Origin: Eledone cirrhosa | Lineage: Eukaryota | Assembly (NCBI GenBank): GCA_964016885.1 | Contig: OZ024742.1 | Coordinates: 172,298,001 to 172,362,000, forward strand | Length of the DNA stretch: 64,000 nt | Direction: 5' to 3' | In this document: positions 14,606-28,225 of the stretch, piece after piece | How positions within the stretch are numbered: position 1 is the stretch's first letter | How the letters are laid out: every line of letters starts with the position of its first letter | Position numbers and translations under genes: made by a program | Notes under the pieces: generated by a model | What the model saw: the letters and a program-made list of their open reading frames with translations, nothing else | Databases searched by the model: none | What the model was told of the DNA's origin: nothing

Positions 14606-15480
14606 ATTAAATGAATGTAATAGATAACGTATTCTACCTCTATAAATCCATGTATTTCTACTCCTCTTATTGGAACTTTTACTCACTTGTACCCATTAGC
14701 ACACGACACTAGAATGTCTCCCCCTGAGAACAAAAATAAATATTACCCGACTATATCCCTTACTCTACATCCCACTAGGATAACCTATAGAAGATCTATA
14801 TAATACAATTAAAGTTTCTTCATAAAAGACTCTCTCTTTAACTAAACCTCGCAACCCCAAACCTTTAAAAAAATTTAAACTGTTTAATTTTCAATTTTCT
14901 AATTGTTCAATTATCAATCTTCTTACTCATTAATTTTATAATGTTATTCTGAAATTTTTTCAACTTCATCCTATACATCTAAACACTAATTTAACGTCCC
15001 AATTTTCCGTCGGACTGCTGGGTTGGTTTTCCTGGCCCGCGGGACCGGCCTCCTGGCGCATAGGCCTACCTTGAGTGCTTGGAAAAGTAAATTTCCCCTT
15101 CTTTCGGTAAATGAAACTACTAAGAGCGGCCTTATTAGTCCCAGGGGCCCAGCGCGCAACCAGATTTTTGACCGCCATATAGTACCTTTAAATTACAGAT
15201 CTAATCATAACTATTAGATGTATCACGCCTCCTGGGTAAATTAATAGTACTGGTCTTGCACAAGGATGGCCTAACGATGAGGGCTCACTTCCCGCTGGCG
15301 CACCTGAAGCCTGTATTACATTCCTAGAGTGTTCGGAAAAATTGATTTCCATATCTTTCGCTAGGCGATCTCACTCGGAGTGGCTGACACGCGGTTAAGT
15401 TGGGCTGCGTAAGCCAAAAACGTAACACACCTGTACAGGCATCGCAGCCCACCAATAATTCCAAAGTTGCCCATGACAAG

Positions 15481-15918
15481 AATTGTAACTGCCACTTACC
15501 TGAAACATGTCCATTACATAATGAATGTATGCAGTCTAACCTGGTTTACCAATGCACAGTAGAATGAGACAACCAGAAATGGTATTACATCGGAGCGACT
15601 GGGAATACATTTAAAGCCCGTTGGTATACACACCGTTACGCAATGAAACATTCCCAACATCGTTATGTAACTACCCTTGCAAACAAGACCTGGCAACTGA
15701 GGGAAAGTAACCACTAATACACCCTGAAGTGGAAACAATTATCGAACGCACCCCCATATCGGAGTGGTATGAGAAGCTGTGGATTATGTGACCTTGAGCT
15801 GTTCCACATTTTGAGTTCGATTAATAAGTTACTCAACAATAAAATCGAAAGATCAATTTAGTGTAACCATAGACTCAAAGAAAGGTTTTCGCACTACAAG
15901 TGCAAATCGAACCATTAA
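15481..15918 (+). pseudogene. PLE (Naiad-like) Cys-rich linker plus GIY-YIG endonuclease, with stops
   Basis: Manual translation NCNCHLPETCPLHNECMQSNLVYQCTVE*DNQKWYYIGATGNTFKARWYTH...CGLCDLELFHIL...LLNNKIE...CNH; three in-frame stops. Confidence 0.85.
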
Positions 15919-16166
15919 CCTCTTACTACCACCTGACAAACTGCATATACTTAGACTTTCTATCCTCTTGTTGTATCTAACCCCTTTAATTACCCACAAA
16001 AACCAATACCTATATCCCTCCCTTCTCCTTCATTCAATTTCTATTTCTTTTCGTTTTCTTCCTTTTTTCTCTCCTCTTTTGGGCTTTCTTTTCTCTTCTT
16101 CCTCCTCCCCTTCTTCATTTTTATTTTTATTTTTTATATATATATTTATCTCCCTATATCTCCCGC

Positions 16167-16207
<41 letters not shown>

Positions 16208-16623
16208 TCTCTCTCTCCATCCCTCACACTATAAAGAATTTAATTCTCTTTAACTCACAACAATCTAAATCGACGACATGAAGTCTACTTATCAAAACTG
16301 ATCAAGGAATCCTTCCAACTCTATCCCTCTTTCCATCTCAGTTTGTCACTCTACTTCCTAACACTTCTGCCCCTTCCTCTCTCTCTATACTAGTAAATAC
16401 ATTTCCCCCCCCCCCAAAAAAAAAATACCAGAAAATGTTTTACTCTATATATTAAGAACTTTTTAAAGAGTAACCTACTCACTATTTTAAAAATTTGGAC
16501 GTGAACAACAATTATCATTGAGTGGCTGCTATTTGCAGTATACCAATATAAGGTTGCACTTACCAATGAAACGGTCGTAAATACCTGGATAAAATCCTTT
16601 TCATGATGCTTACCTGTGTTTTC

Positions 16624-16694
<71 letters not shown>

Positions 16695-16714
16695 TATATA
16701 TATATATATATATA

Positions 16715-16748
<34 letters not shown>

Positions 16749-16773
16749 GTATGTATGTATGTATGTATGTATG

Positions 16774-17385
16774 TCAGGTCACCAGTTGGTGCTACTGGTA
16801 ATATGTATTCCAGTACAACCTGTCCCATGGTCAGGTCGTTGGCGACTAAACTGGCAACCCACCAAGCTTTCTTGGTGAGGAGGGGGACTTTGGACATCCT
16901 GCAGGACTAAAAACAAAACCTGTGAAAGGGCAAAGGAGCTCTTAAGAGTCAATGGCCATCCAAAATCACCGGGAGAGATGACCCCTTAGCCTTTGTCATG
17001 GCAGAATTCTAGGAGAAGGAAAACTCTGATATAACACCTGCAACCCTGATGGTATCCAATGATGTTGAATTGTTCTTCTTTTTTGGTAAATATCATATTG
17101 GTTTAGAGAGTGGGACTGGCTTTGTGCAGTGCCTGCAGATATAAAGCAATGCACAGGCATTGCTTTATATCTGGAGATCTCTCTGCACTTGTCGTCACAT
17201 GGCACCATGGGCCCAGCACTATGTGTCAATAATTGTCACAAGTGTAGTGTTTGTACCAGAGTTTTCAAGTCGCTGGCTGGACTAAAAAGTCACACTCGTT
17301 CAGGCATCGGTAGTTCTCCTACATGGATATAAATTTGTGGCCGTACTCGAAAACGAGTTGGCAGCTACCATGTATGTATGTATGT
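16774..17385 (+). mobile_element. Internally deleted RTE derivative (5' UTR + C2H2 finger + RTE 3' end)
   Basis: ttctaggagaaggaaaactctga 5'UTR motif; CHKCSVCTRVFKSLAGLKSH; 3' end ggccgtactcgaaaacgag..gcagc followed by (ATGT)n; (ATGT)n also upstream. Confidence 0.75.
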
Positions 17386-17589
17386 GTGTGTGTGTGTGTG
17401 TGTTCTTGATAGGCAAAATAAGATTGTATGTTGTTGTTTTAGCTTTTGTTAGATTTCCGTCTGTATCGTGGGGATATTTTATAATTAATTCATTAAATGG
17501 AACAGCATTTTTTCCTGAAGGAACCAAATAAATATATATATTTAAAAAAAAATAAGACTCCAGGTGCATTTTCGATTTCATCTTATTTT

Positions 17590-17643
<54 letters not shown>

Positions 17644-18032
17644 AGATTTGAATGGATACAGTTTAGTTGAAAGGAATTTATTGACACGTGTTTCTATAAC
17701 AGTTACATAACCTAAAACAGCTATCTACAAACTTTTAGTTATGCAGACATTCAATATTTCAATGTTATTATTTACTGTCATTTCATCAGAATAATATTAC
17801 TGAGGACCTATTTAGTTTTTATAGAGAATATTAGGAGGGAGGGGTGAAGTTGTTAGAAGAATAGTTGAAGGAGTGGTTTTTCGATAGCAGTGAGAATTCT
17901 TGGTGGCAGTGAGTAATTAGATTCCCATCTGTTGTTTTGACATTTTTTATAGAATATATTATTCGGCTTGTAGTGGGAAAAAAGGGTTTTAGTTCTGTGA
18001 CGGCAGAATAATGTTCGTTCAATTCTGTTATT

Positions 18033-18352
18033 CAACGGCAACATCGTTTAAATCTCGATTGTATAGGCATTCTTACTCAATAAAACACCAGAGCCAAAGA
18101 AATGTAACAACTCTAGCAGAAAAAGCTTGGACGCTCAGGGATAGCGATCAAAAGTTTACCCTAAAATGGGAAAAATTAGCTAAAACCCAAAGCTTTTCCA
18201 GGAGCCAAAATTTCTGCAAATTGTGTAATCTTGAGATTTATTACATAATCACACACAAGAAGAAACTGCTGAATAACAGAATTGAACGAACATCATTCTG
18301 CCGTCACAGAACTAAAACCCTTTTTTCCCACTACAAGCCGAATATTACATAA
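18033..18352 (+). pseudogene. PLE GIY-YIG endonuclease C-terminal part (Naiad-like)
   Basis: FKSRLYRH...TTLAEKAW.L......LKW...CKLCNLEIYYI...LLNNRIE...CRH. Confidence 0.85.
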
Positions 18353-18464
18353 AAGAGGGACATCCCCCAACTATATAAACCTTAATCTAGTTAGAAAAAT
18401 ATAAAAACAATCTCTTCTCAACATATATTAATAACCTTAAATTACCATACTAATAATGAAAAGA

Positions 18465-18522
18465 TATGCTGATGAGAATAGGTACAAATATGCGATAATG
18501 AATGTGTCTAAAAACGTCCATA
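18465..18522 (+). ncRNA. Degenerate type I hammerhead (GAAA mutated to AAAA)
   Basis: tatg CTGATGA gaa taggtaca ... tgtgtcta AAAAC GTC cata; stems I and II pair. Confidence 0.5.
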
Positions 18523-18679
18523 AGTATGTATATATATGTGAAAATGTATATAAATAAGTAAATATATATATATGTTTGATGTGTATAGTTAGATGTAAGT
18601 GTATTCATGTATTAAAGTGCTTATATATATATATATATGTATATGTGTGTATATGTATGTTTGTGTATGTATGTATATG

Positions 18680-18724
<45 letters not shown>

Positions 18725-19309
18725 GTATATATGTATGTATATATGTGTATGTATATATGTGTATATGGATGTGTATGTATGTGTATGTGTGTACACATGG
18801 ACTAGAGTATGTATGTATATATGTGTGTGTCTATACGTGTGTATATAAAGATAAGTTGAGTATGAAAATGTATACACATGAGCGCGTATGTATGTACATG
18901 AATACATGTGTGTATATATATGTGTATGCATGTGTATATATATGTAAGTATGAATATGTGAATTGTGTGTATATGTATTTTGTAGAGGTGTGCAAATATA
19001 TTTGTGTGTGAATGCGTGGGTGAAAGGATACGTACACTTGAAAGAAAAATTTAAGTCTGAATGTTAATTAAGTGCAAACACAAAACCAACCACGCATATC
19101 TTCACTATCTCTAATCCTTCTATAGATTTAGAAAAATAACCAATAATATATTCTATAAAAAATGTCAAAACAACAGATGGGAATCTAATTACTCACTGCC
19201 ACAATAATTCTCACTGCTATCGAAAAACCACTCCTTCAACTATTCTTCTAACAACTTCACCCCTCCCTCCTAATATTCTCTATAAAAACTAAATAGGTCC
19301 TCAGTAATA

Positions 19310-19426
19310 TTATTCTGATGAAATGACAGTAAATAATAACATTGAAATATTGAATGTCTGCATAACTAAAAGTTTGTAGATAGCTGTTTTAGGTTATGTT
19401 ACTGTTATAGAAACACGTGTCAATAA
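19310..19426 (+). ncRNA. Type I hammerhead with a long stem II insertion (family B; inverted copy at about 17678-17794)
   Basis: ttatt CTGATGA a atgacagtaa ... ttactgttat a GAAAC acgt GTC aataa. Confidence 0.8.
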
Positions 19427-19602
19427 ATTCCTTTCAACTAAACTGTATCCATTCAAATCTTTCTATTTTTCTCCGGATTACTTTTGGAACTACAACTGGA
19501 ACCGTCGAGCAAACTCTACGTGAGCTGATAATCTACTGTGTGTAATATTTATATTACAACACAACGGAAAATACTGTATATATATATATATATGTATATA
19601 TA

Positions 19603-19880
19603 AAGAGAATAAGATGAAATCGAAAATGAACCTGGAGTCTTATGTTTTTTAAAATATATATATATTTATTTGGTTCCTTTACCGGTTTCGCAGTCTTCTG
19701 CTTTTCAAAAGTAGAGTTGAGATGGAGGGTCTGTGGTTTTTCTGAGAAACCACAGACCCTCCATCTCAAGTCTACTTTTGAAAAGCAGAAGACTGCGAAA
19801 CCGGTAAAGGAACCAAATAAATATATATATATTTAAAAAAATAAGACTCCAGTTGCATTATCGATTTCATCTTTCTTTTT
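19603..19880. mobile_element. Foldback (near-perfect hairpin) of a PLE-like pLTR end (family C)
   Basis: Arms of about 135 bp around 19742; contains GAAACcgGTA (HHR 3' half); related sequence at 17515-17595 and 20581-20830. Confidence 0.8.
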
Positions 19881-20580
19881 TTATATTTTCACTCGTGCAG
19901 GACAGCTCGGTTATTTTTCATTTTGTAAATAAACTTCACTTTCTAATATATATAGAATTTTATAATTGAATATAAAAAACAAACAAACACAGATATATAC
20001 ATATATATGTTCAAATCGCAAGGGACCAGATTCGCTAAGGTGAAAAGAATACTATCTATAGACAATAGGGTTTGCCTGACTCAATTTTAAGAATAAATCA
20101 AGAAAATAAATACAAACCGGAATTGTGGTAACTACCAATCACCCAGACAGCTTTTGATAATGCTGTTTCGCAATATTAATTGTGAATATAAATGCAAATT
20201 CATGCTCATCTGTGGGTGAAGAATTAGTATCCTAGACACGTCTAAGTATATTAAGAAACTGAATATTGTGCTTATATAAATAACGTACGTGGTATTCGAA
20301 CTTAGCATGTGTCACAAACTTACCCCACTAAAAGTAGAAGCCAGGTTTATTCTACATTTGAATTAGTTCAACAAATTAACGGAGGCGAATATATCAAAGG
20401 TATAGTTGAGTTAGAAACTCAAAATAGTCTAATAGCTCAAATAGCTCTAGGGAAGAGAATTTTTCCGAGCCGTATATTATATATACCTTTGATACATATA
20501 TATATATATGTGTGTAAGAAAATGTGGGTTTTTTTTTAATGAAAAGAAAAACACATGATGTCCTAGACCAGTGAAAGTAT

Positions 20581-20830
20581 AAGGAAAAAAGATGAAATCG
20601 AAAAGGCAACTGGAGTCTTTTTAAAAATATTTATTTGTGTCCTTTACCAGTTTCACAAAGTAGAATTGAAATGAAAGGTTTGTGGTTTTTCCTCGCATCT
20701 CAAAAAAACCACAAACCCTCCATCTCAATTCTTCTTTTGAAAAGCATAATAACTGTGAAACCGGTAAATGAAACAAATAAATATTCTTAAAAAGATACTA
20801 GTTGCATTTTCGATTTCATCTTTTTTCCTT
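20581..20830. mobile_element. Second family C foldback
   Basis: aaggaaaaaagatgaaatcgaaaa...ttttcgatttcatcttttttcctt inverted arms; gaaaccggta motif. Confidence 0.75.
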
Positions 20831-20897
20831 ATATATATATATATATATATAAGAAATAAGATTTCGCTTCAAGCATAGCTTTATACAGTATGTATAG

Positions 20898-21058
20898 AAA
20901 TTTCCTATTTCTAAAGAAATACTGTTTTAGGAAGCCGTAGCTATGCAAACACCGCGGCTAACGCCCTCTGTTGGTGTCCAGCAGAAGCAAGTGGCGTTAG
21001 ACCCGGCGTTTGCATAGCTACGGCTTCCTAAAACCGTATTTCTTTAGAAATACGAAAT
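20898..21058. repeat. Foldback/MITE-like hairpin
   Basis: tatttctaaagaaatac.gttttaggaagccgtagctatgcaaac and its reverse complement. Confidence 0.8.
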
Positions 21059-21149
21059 GTATATATATATATTACTCTGTGGTAATGGTTTCAACCAATG
21101 GATATTGATATTTTGGTGCACCATTTTCAAGATATTTTGTCCCTCGTAT

Positions 21150-21360
21150 TGATTCCAGTATTAAGTTTTCTAAAGTCTAGTATTTATTTTAACCAATTTA
21201 TTTTTGTAGTGCCATTTAATTCCGGGGCATAAGGTATCGCACAGGATGAAATGCAAAGTTAACCTAAGCAGGATTTGAACTCAGACAATAAAGGGCCGTA
21301 ACCCTATGCTGCCAAGCATGGCGTCTGATCCTCTGCCGATTCTGCTAATCCACCCCCCAT
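21150..21360 (-). mobile_element. tRNA-derived SINE
   Basis: caaagttaacc...ggatttgaactcag...aagcatggcgtctga...ctaatccaccc. Confidence 0.75.
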
Positions 21361-22156
21361 ATATACTAATATATTATCATACCAATATTACCAATATTAA
21401 ACTATCGAAAATCGCATTAAATTTACAATGAAAATTAATACCGCCCCCTATAGAGCCTCTATGACGGTGATATTTATCAGGGCGTTATCGCCGTGAATGT
21501 TTTTTGTCAAGTTGTGGTTACCAAATAGTAATCTAAGACGAACCACTGTAATCATTATACCATGCCTATACAAACAAAACAAAATAGATTATACACGATG
21601 GTAGTTTATAGTATTGACAGTATATATCTAATTTCACGATAAAATATTTCAAACTACTACCTAACTATTATCTAACAATTTGTAGTACGGTGAATAGGCT
21701 GTGTCGATAGAGCGTCGGACAACACATGTTACTTCTAATTCTTGGTCATGTGTCAAATGTAGAAACATTTATCTAACAATTTATATAACTGGCAATGTTA
21801 TCCCCTACTTATGCCGATATCTGGGTAAATGTATTTTTCTCTTTATGTGTTTGAATTTATCTCTGTCACACCCTCGTTTTCCGCATTCACCTCTTACTGA
21901 CCTGTTAATAATTATGTATTATAAATCCATGTCAGCAATGAAATATGTCGTATTATATTCAGTCGTCTGTGAATCAAGAGAAACTGAAAGGTTTGTAAGT
22001 ATCAAATTTCTTTGACAATATGTTGGACTGCAGATTGAACAATGTAGCGCTGGTAGTCTCTATGTATAATCTGTAGAATGGACTGGAAATAATATTAAAA
22101 TTACGCATGTCTTAACAGTAAGTATATTAAGAACACACTCCCAAGGAAATACTGGT

Positions 22157-22797
<641 letters not shown>

Positions 22798-23088
22798 AGA
22801 TATTAATAAATGGAAACTATATTTATAAAACCATATTTATTTCATTATACATATTTCAGGGATACCAAATTAAATTATGGTATGCCTTCATCAGACAAAA
22901 TACAATATATAACAGTTTTACAAATAAGCTTTGACGTACCCTATTAAAATGCACCCATTGTTTTTGGAAGCCATCCGGATAGTGATTTGTTTATATTACT
23001 TTAATAAGTCATAGTGTTAAGGACAATTAGAAAAAGACGGAGAGAAAAAAAATATATATATTTATATATATATATACATATATATATA

Positions 23089-23131
23089 TGTGTGTTCGAC
23101 TAGTGTTTTTCCTATTACATACATACACACA

Positions 23132-23189
<58 letters not shown>

Positions 23190-23231
23190 TGTGTGTATGT
23201 ATGTAATAGGAAAAACACTAGTCGAACACAC
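23089..23231. repeat. Inverted repeat centred on (TA)n
   Basis: tgtgtgttcgactagtgtttttcctattacatacatacacacaaaca and its exact reverse complement. Confidence 0.85.
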
Positions 23232-23308
23232 ACAGCAATAACAATAGTGGAACATATATAGCACAGTATTTATTAACGTTCACAGATACTGGCTGCAACA
23301 GACACACT

Positions 23309-23788
<480 letters not shown>

Positions 23789-24299
23789 TCTATAATAACA
23801 ATAGTGGAATTTAAAATGATATACATATCTACTTGTGCAAATACCAGCATTGCTATAAGAACAACTTTGAACTAACTTGAAATAAAATTTAATGCGATCA
23901 ACTGTCTCACCTTGAACTATGTACATCATAGTTCAAGGTGAGACAGTTGTTAACTGATAATTTGTTAACAATAAACATTATTTTTTGGTTTATATGGTTT
24001 TGTTGCAGCCCACTCCACATTGATTTCAAATCCTGCCGAGATCAAATTTGCTTTTCATCATTTCAGGGCCTTACATAACATGCCTGTCCAGTAATAGGGT
24101 TACTACGTTTCCGTGACTGCACCGTCTCTCTCATACACTCATTCCCTCTCTTACATTCACTGAAAGAAATCGGATGTGTTCCGTCTGGGAGAGAGATGGC
24201 TACAGTGCGGTGGCTACAAGGTTTAAAATGCACCGCAGTTTACACAACAGCGCCTCAACGACTTAATTCTGAGTTAGGAATTCCATATTTTCGAAGGCA

Positions 24300-25050
24300 C
24301 CGAATCTTCGTTTTGTAGTTAAAAGTTAACGTTGTTGATTCGCCCCAGTGAGTTTCAGTAAGTGTGCGGAATACGGATGTTAATAGTCATATATTTTGGC
24401 GGCAGTAGGATAGGGGAGAATTTAAATGGTCGCTCGTTCTTCATGCGCTCTAGATTAATTTTCCGAGCGAAAGAGGCCTGGGGTGGCGCAGAATTGCAGA
24501 AGAATCCTGCGGTACAATCAAGAGGTCAAATAGCCCATTCGAGCAAAGAAAGGGGCTTGCAAATACGTCCTCCTTCATGCACTTGCGGTACGAGCAGACA
24601 CGAAGAATCGCAGCAGAGACAGTAAAGGCTTCCAAAGTTAAGATTAGGGATGACTTTGGTGTTAAACTGGATTCCGTCACCAGATCAGCAGATAAAGAAT
24701 TCTGGAAGACCATCCGCCGACTTTGTAGTAAGGAGTCCTCCTCCACATCAGCTATCAGGAATGCCTCTGGGGTTCTCCACTCATCAGAGAGTTGGCGAGA
24801 ATAATTTGACGATCTTCTAAACATCTTCTTCACAACAGCATTTCCCGATATACACGATGTGTATCTGGGAGTGGTGACTAAACTCTCGGAGGCAGAGGCC
24901 ACAAGAGCATTTAAAGAGCTCAAAAATGGCAAGGTCACTGGGGAAGGTGGAATCCGGTCCGGGATGTGAAACGCTTTAAATTGAGAAGGTATTCTGCGGC
25001 TGTATGCCGTTTGGCCTGAATCTGTGGAAGAGCAGTTAAGCAATGACAAC
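24300..25050 (+). pseudogene. Degraded RTE-clade LINE fragment (EN-RT linker)
   Basis: FWKTIRRL...WRE*FDDLLN...EATRAFKELKNGKVTGEGGI. Confidence 0.75.
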
Positions 25051-26789
25051 CGGAAGTGTTAATTACTAGATGTTGTTTATTGCTGTCTGATATGCATAAG
25101 TGGAATTGCTTGGTGTATTGATTAAGATATTCATCTCATGATGTTAAGCCTGTAGGTTCTATTCTTGGCGGTCCGTTTGGCCCTTAATCAAAGAATGTTT
25201 TCATATTGTTACAGTTCACTTAACTGGTAATGCATAGCTATCATAAGTATGGCTAGTCATATCAAACATTCTATCATGCTTAATGTTCCGTAGAATGACG
25301 TTAAGGATACCTGTGTATGTGGCATATACGTTTAATTCCATAATCAATTGGAATACTCATCGTAGGTATAACACATATTAAAAAGTCAGCAAAACATCTT
25401 ATGAGTGTGGACTAAATCGAGATGGATTATAAGGGCTGAACTCTAACAATAACTACTTTACAAATTTAGTGAAATGTAATGAATAATGATGTAGTTGTTA
25501 ACTCCATGTGAAACCGAATTATAGATAATCAAGGCACAGAGCCACCGATTATGGGGAGAAAAGAAAGTCAACTAAATCGATGTTTTTTACCGACAACGGA
25601 AGGGTCAAAGAAAAGGTTGACCTCAGTGGGATTAAAACTCAGTGTTTAGGTAACCAGAACATTTTATTCGATGCTCTACCAATTACCTAAATGCACAACC
25701 TAAATTGGCGATTACATATGATATAATGACTTGTATCCAGGAACATACCGCATTAAAATTAGACCTTTTGTACATAATGTATCGAGGATTACGTTATATA
25801 TTCTCTTGTTTTTGGAAAGTCATTAGGATTTGATTTGTGGTAGATTACGTTGTTAGCCTCAGCAGATTGAATGGCTCGATAGAGGTCTCATGCTATCTCA
25901 TAAAAATAATGTGTTGTTTTTGTTGTTATTATTGCTGTTGTTTAGTTCCCGTTTATGCTCTGGGAAAACGAATATATCACCAGTTGTGTATCCACGAGTA
26001 TATTATCAAGAGTGTTCTTTATATAGGGTGTCAATTAAGGGTTTTCAGTGTTATGACAAGCATGGAACCATTAAAACACAGAACATATTCTTTGTATCAT
26101 AAAAGCAAAATGCAAAAGTGAAACAGCGTAATATCGTTAAAAGTTTATCCCTCGGTACAGTGTAGTAACATATTTAACATGCCGTGGATGCAGCATGGCC
26201 AAATAGCTAAACAATATTGGTTTTACACTCATTAAATCTCGGGTTCGATCTCACTTTTTTACATCTTGGGAAAGTACTGATTACCATAGACTCGACTCAA
26301 TCATTAGCAAGTAGATGAAATTGAATAGGCGGAAACTGTATGGAAGGTCGTACGAATGGTCTGTGCCTAAAATTTAAAGAGACAGTCAGCTGTGTGTTGT
26401 TGAATCCTATGCGAATTACGTTAAAGGTACACGTGTCTGTCAAATGCTCAGCCCCGTACTAGTTAATTTCATAAACAGGCTGTTCTGTTGACCGAACAAC
26501 TGGAAAACTTCAAATCATTATAGGTCAATTCCAATCCATTCCATTCCGTTTGGAATATTTCCATTATTTCTTTAAAATAGATGTTACATTCTTTGCTTTG
26601 GTTTTAGATTTACCATGAAGCCGTATAATTATTTCAATCGCATATTTCCTACAGAAACATATTTTGCTTCTCTCATGTAAAGCAGATATTCATAATGCAA
26701 AGAAATGAGATGAGAACGGTAATGGTGCTGATGAATTTTCTCGAAATAGCAGCACTGCTCCTAGAGGGTATGGTTACGTTAGTTATAAT

Positions 26790-27115
26790 AATTGTTTCTA
26801 CGTTTGGCACAAGGCCAGCAAATTACCCATTGCATTACTGTTACTTTATTTTATCTCCCCGTAAGGATGAAAGGCAAAGTTAACCTCGGCGAGATTTGAA
26901 CTCAGAATGGCAAGAGCCGTAACTCTATACGTCAAAGCATGCGTCCGACCCTTTACCGATACGGCCAATCCAACGCTTTACGTTAGTTATAATAATTGTT
27001 TCTACATTTGGCACAAAGCCAGCAATTAACCAGTACATTACTGGTACTTTATTTTATCGACCCCGTAAGGATGAAAGGCAAAGCATGACGTCCGACCCTC
27101 TACCGATACTGCCAA
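26790..27115 (-). mobile_element. Two tandem tRNA-SINE copies (another at 27225-27345)
   Basis: Core cccgtaaggatgaaaggcaaag twice; B box gatttgaactc. Confidence 0.8.
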
Positions 27116-27624
27116 TAATGACGGTAGGCTTGTTGGTCGGTGGTTATTAGACATGTAACCGCCAGGGTGCTATCGGTAGATTTTTTTTATGGTGGTGAAA
27201 ATGTCTACATACATACATACATATGTAGCTTACGCAAAAGACCGGCAAATTAGGGGAAGAAATAAGTCGGATAAATAGACACCAGCTTGTGACTGGTACT
27301 TTATTTTATCGACTCCGGAATGATGAAATTCAATGATTACCTGGACGTGATTACAACGCTGAAATAATTCCCTACAAGTGTGAATATTATAAAAACGATA
27401 ATGGTGATATCAGAGATTTGTTTTTCTCTATTGAAGTCCCAATCGTTCAGATTATTTTGCAAATAATCTTACACTCAGTCACACACGGGCACACACATAC
27501 ACATTCACTGGTATGTATGTATGTATGTATGTATGTATGTATTGGACTGTAGTACGATCGGCTATACAAACTCTTGAAAGTCAACAGTTGACATAATCTT
27601 GTAATCTTGTATCACTAATGACGG

Positions 27625-27751
<127 letters not shown>

Positions 27752-27875
27752 AGTGAGTAGAGTAGCGTGTGTGTGTTTGTTTGTATGTATGAGTGTTGCT
27801 GTGTGCGCGCATATGTATGCGCGTGTGTGTATGTCGTACGTATAAGTGTCAATAAGTGATTTTTTTTTTTTTTTG

Positions 27876-28178
27876 CGCGGGGAGATAGAAATAATCGGGC
27901 TGGATGCCCGATCGCGCAGTTAAACAACTGGGAGTGAAGAACCCCTAGCCCTTGTCAGGGTATTCTTCTAGGAGAAGGCATCTCAGGAAACTGGGTTAAC
28001 TCCGACATAAATCCTGCGGCTCAGTAGTTACCGATGATGTTGATCTTTTCTTCTTTTCGGGTTATAGCTACTGTCGCTCAGAGAGTGGGATTGGCTCAGT
28101 GCACAGTCTTTCCTCACCTTAAAAAAATTCGTCACGCACAGGCATTGCACGAGTGCATTAATAATTATTAATAGTGTA
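27876..28178 (+). mobile_element. RTE 5' UTR segment (probable 5' end of the RTE at 32.8-36.7 kb)
   Basis: ttctaggagaaggc motif; near-identical to the 5' part of the bipartite element at 49636-49990, whose 3' part matches 36646-36690. Confidence 0.7.
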
Positions 28179-28179
28179 C

Positions 28180-28213
<34 letters not shown>

Positions 28214-28225
28214 GTTATTGTTATT

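Larger units (their letters stand above)
17640..19577 (+). mobile_element. 5'-truncated PLE with inverted pLTR (family B)
   Basis: 17640-17963 is the reverse complement of 19142-19464; GIY-YIG C-terminal fragment inside; HHRs present; (TA)n flanks. Confidence 0.85.

Noticed and set aside
16495-16590. HHR at the 3' end of the 15.5-kb PLE fragment (GAAACgGTC)
   Set aside because: No CUGANGA found upstream
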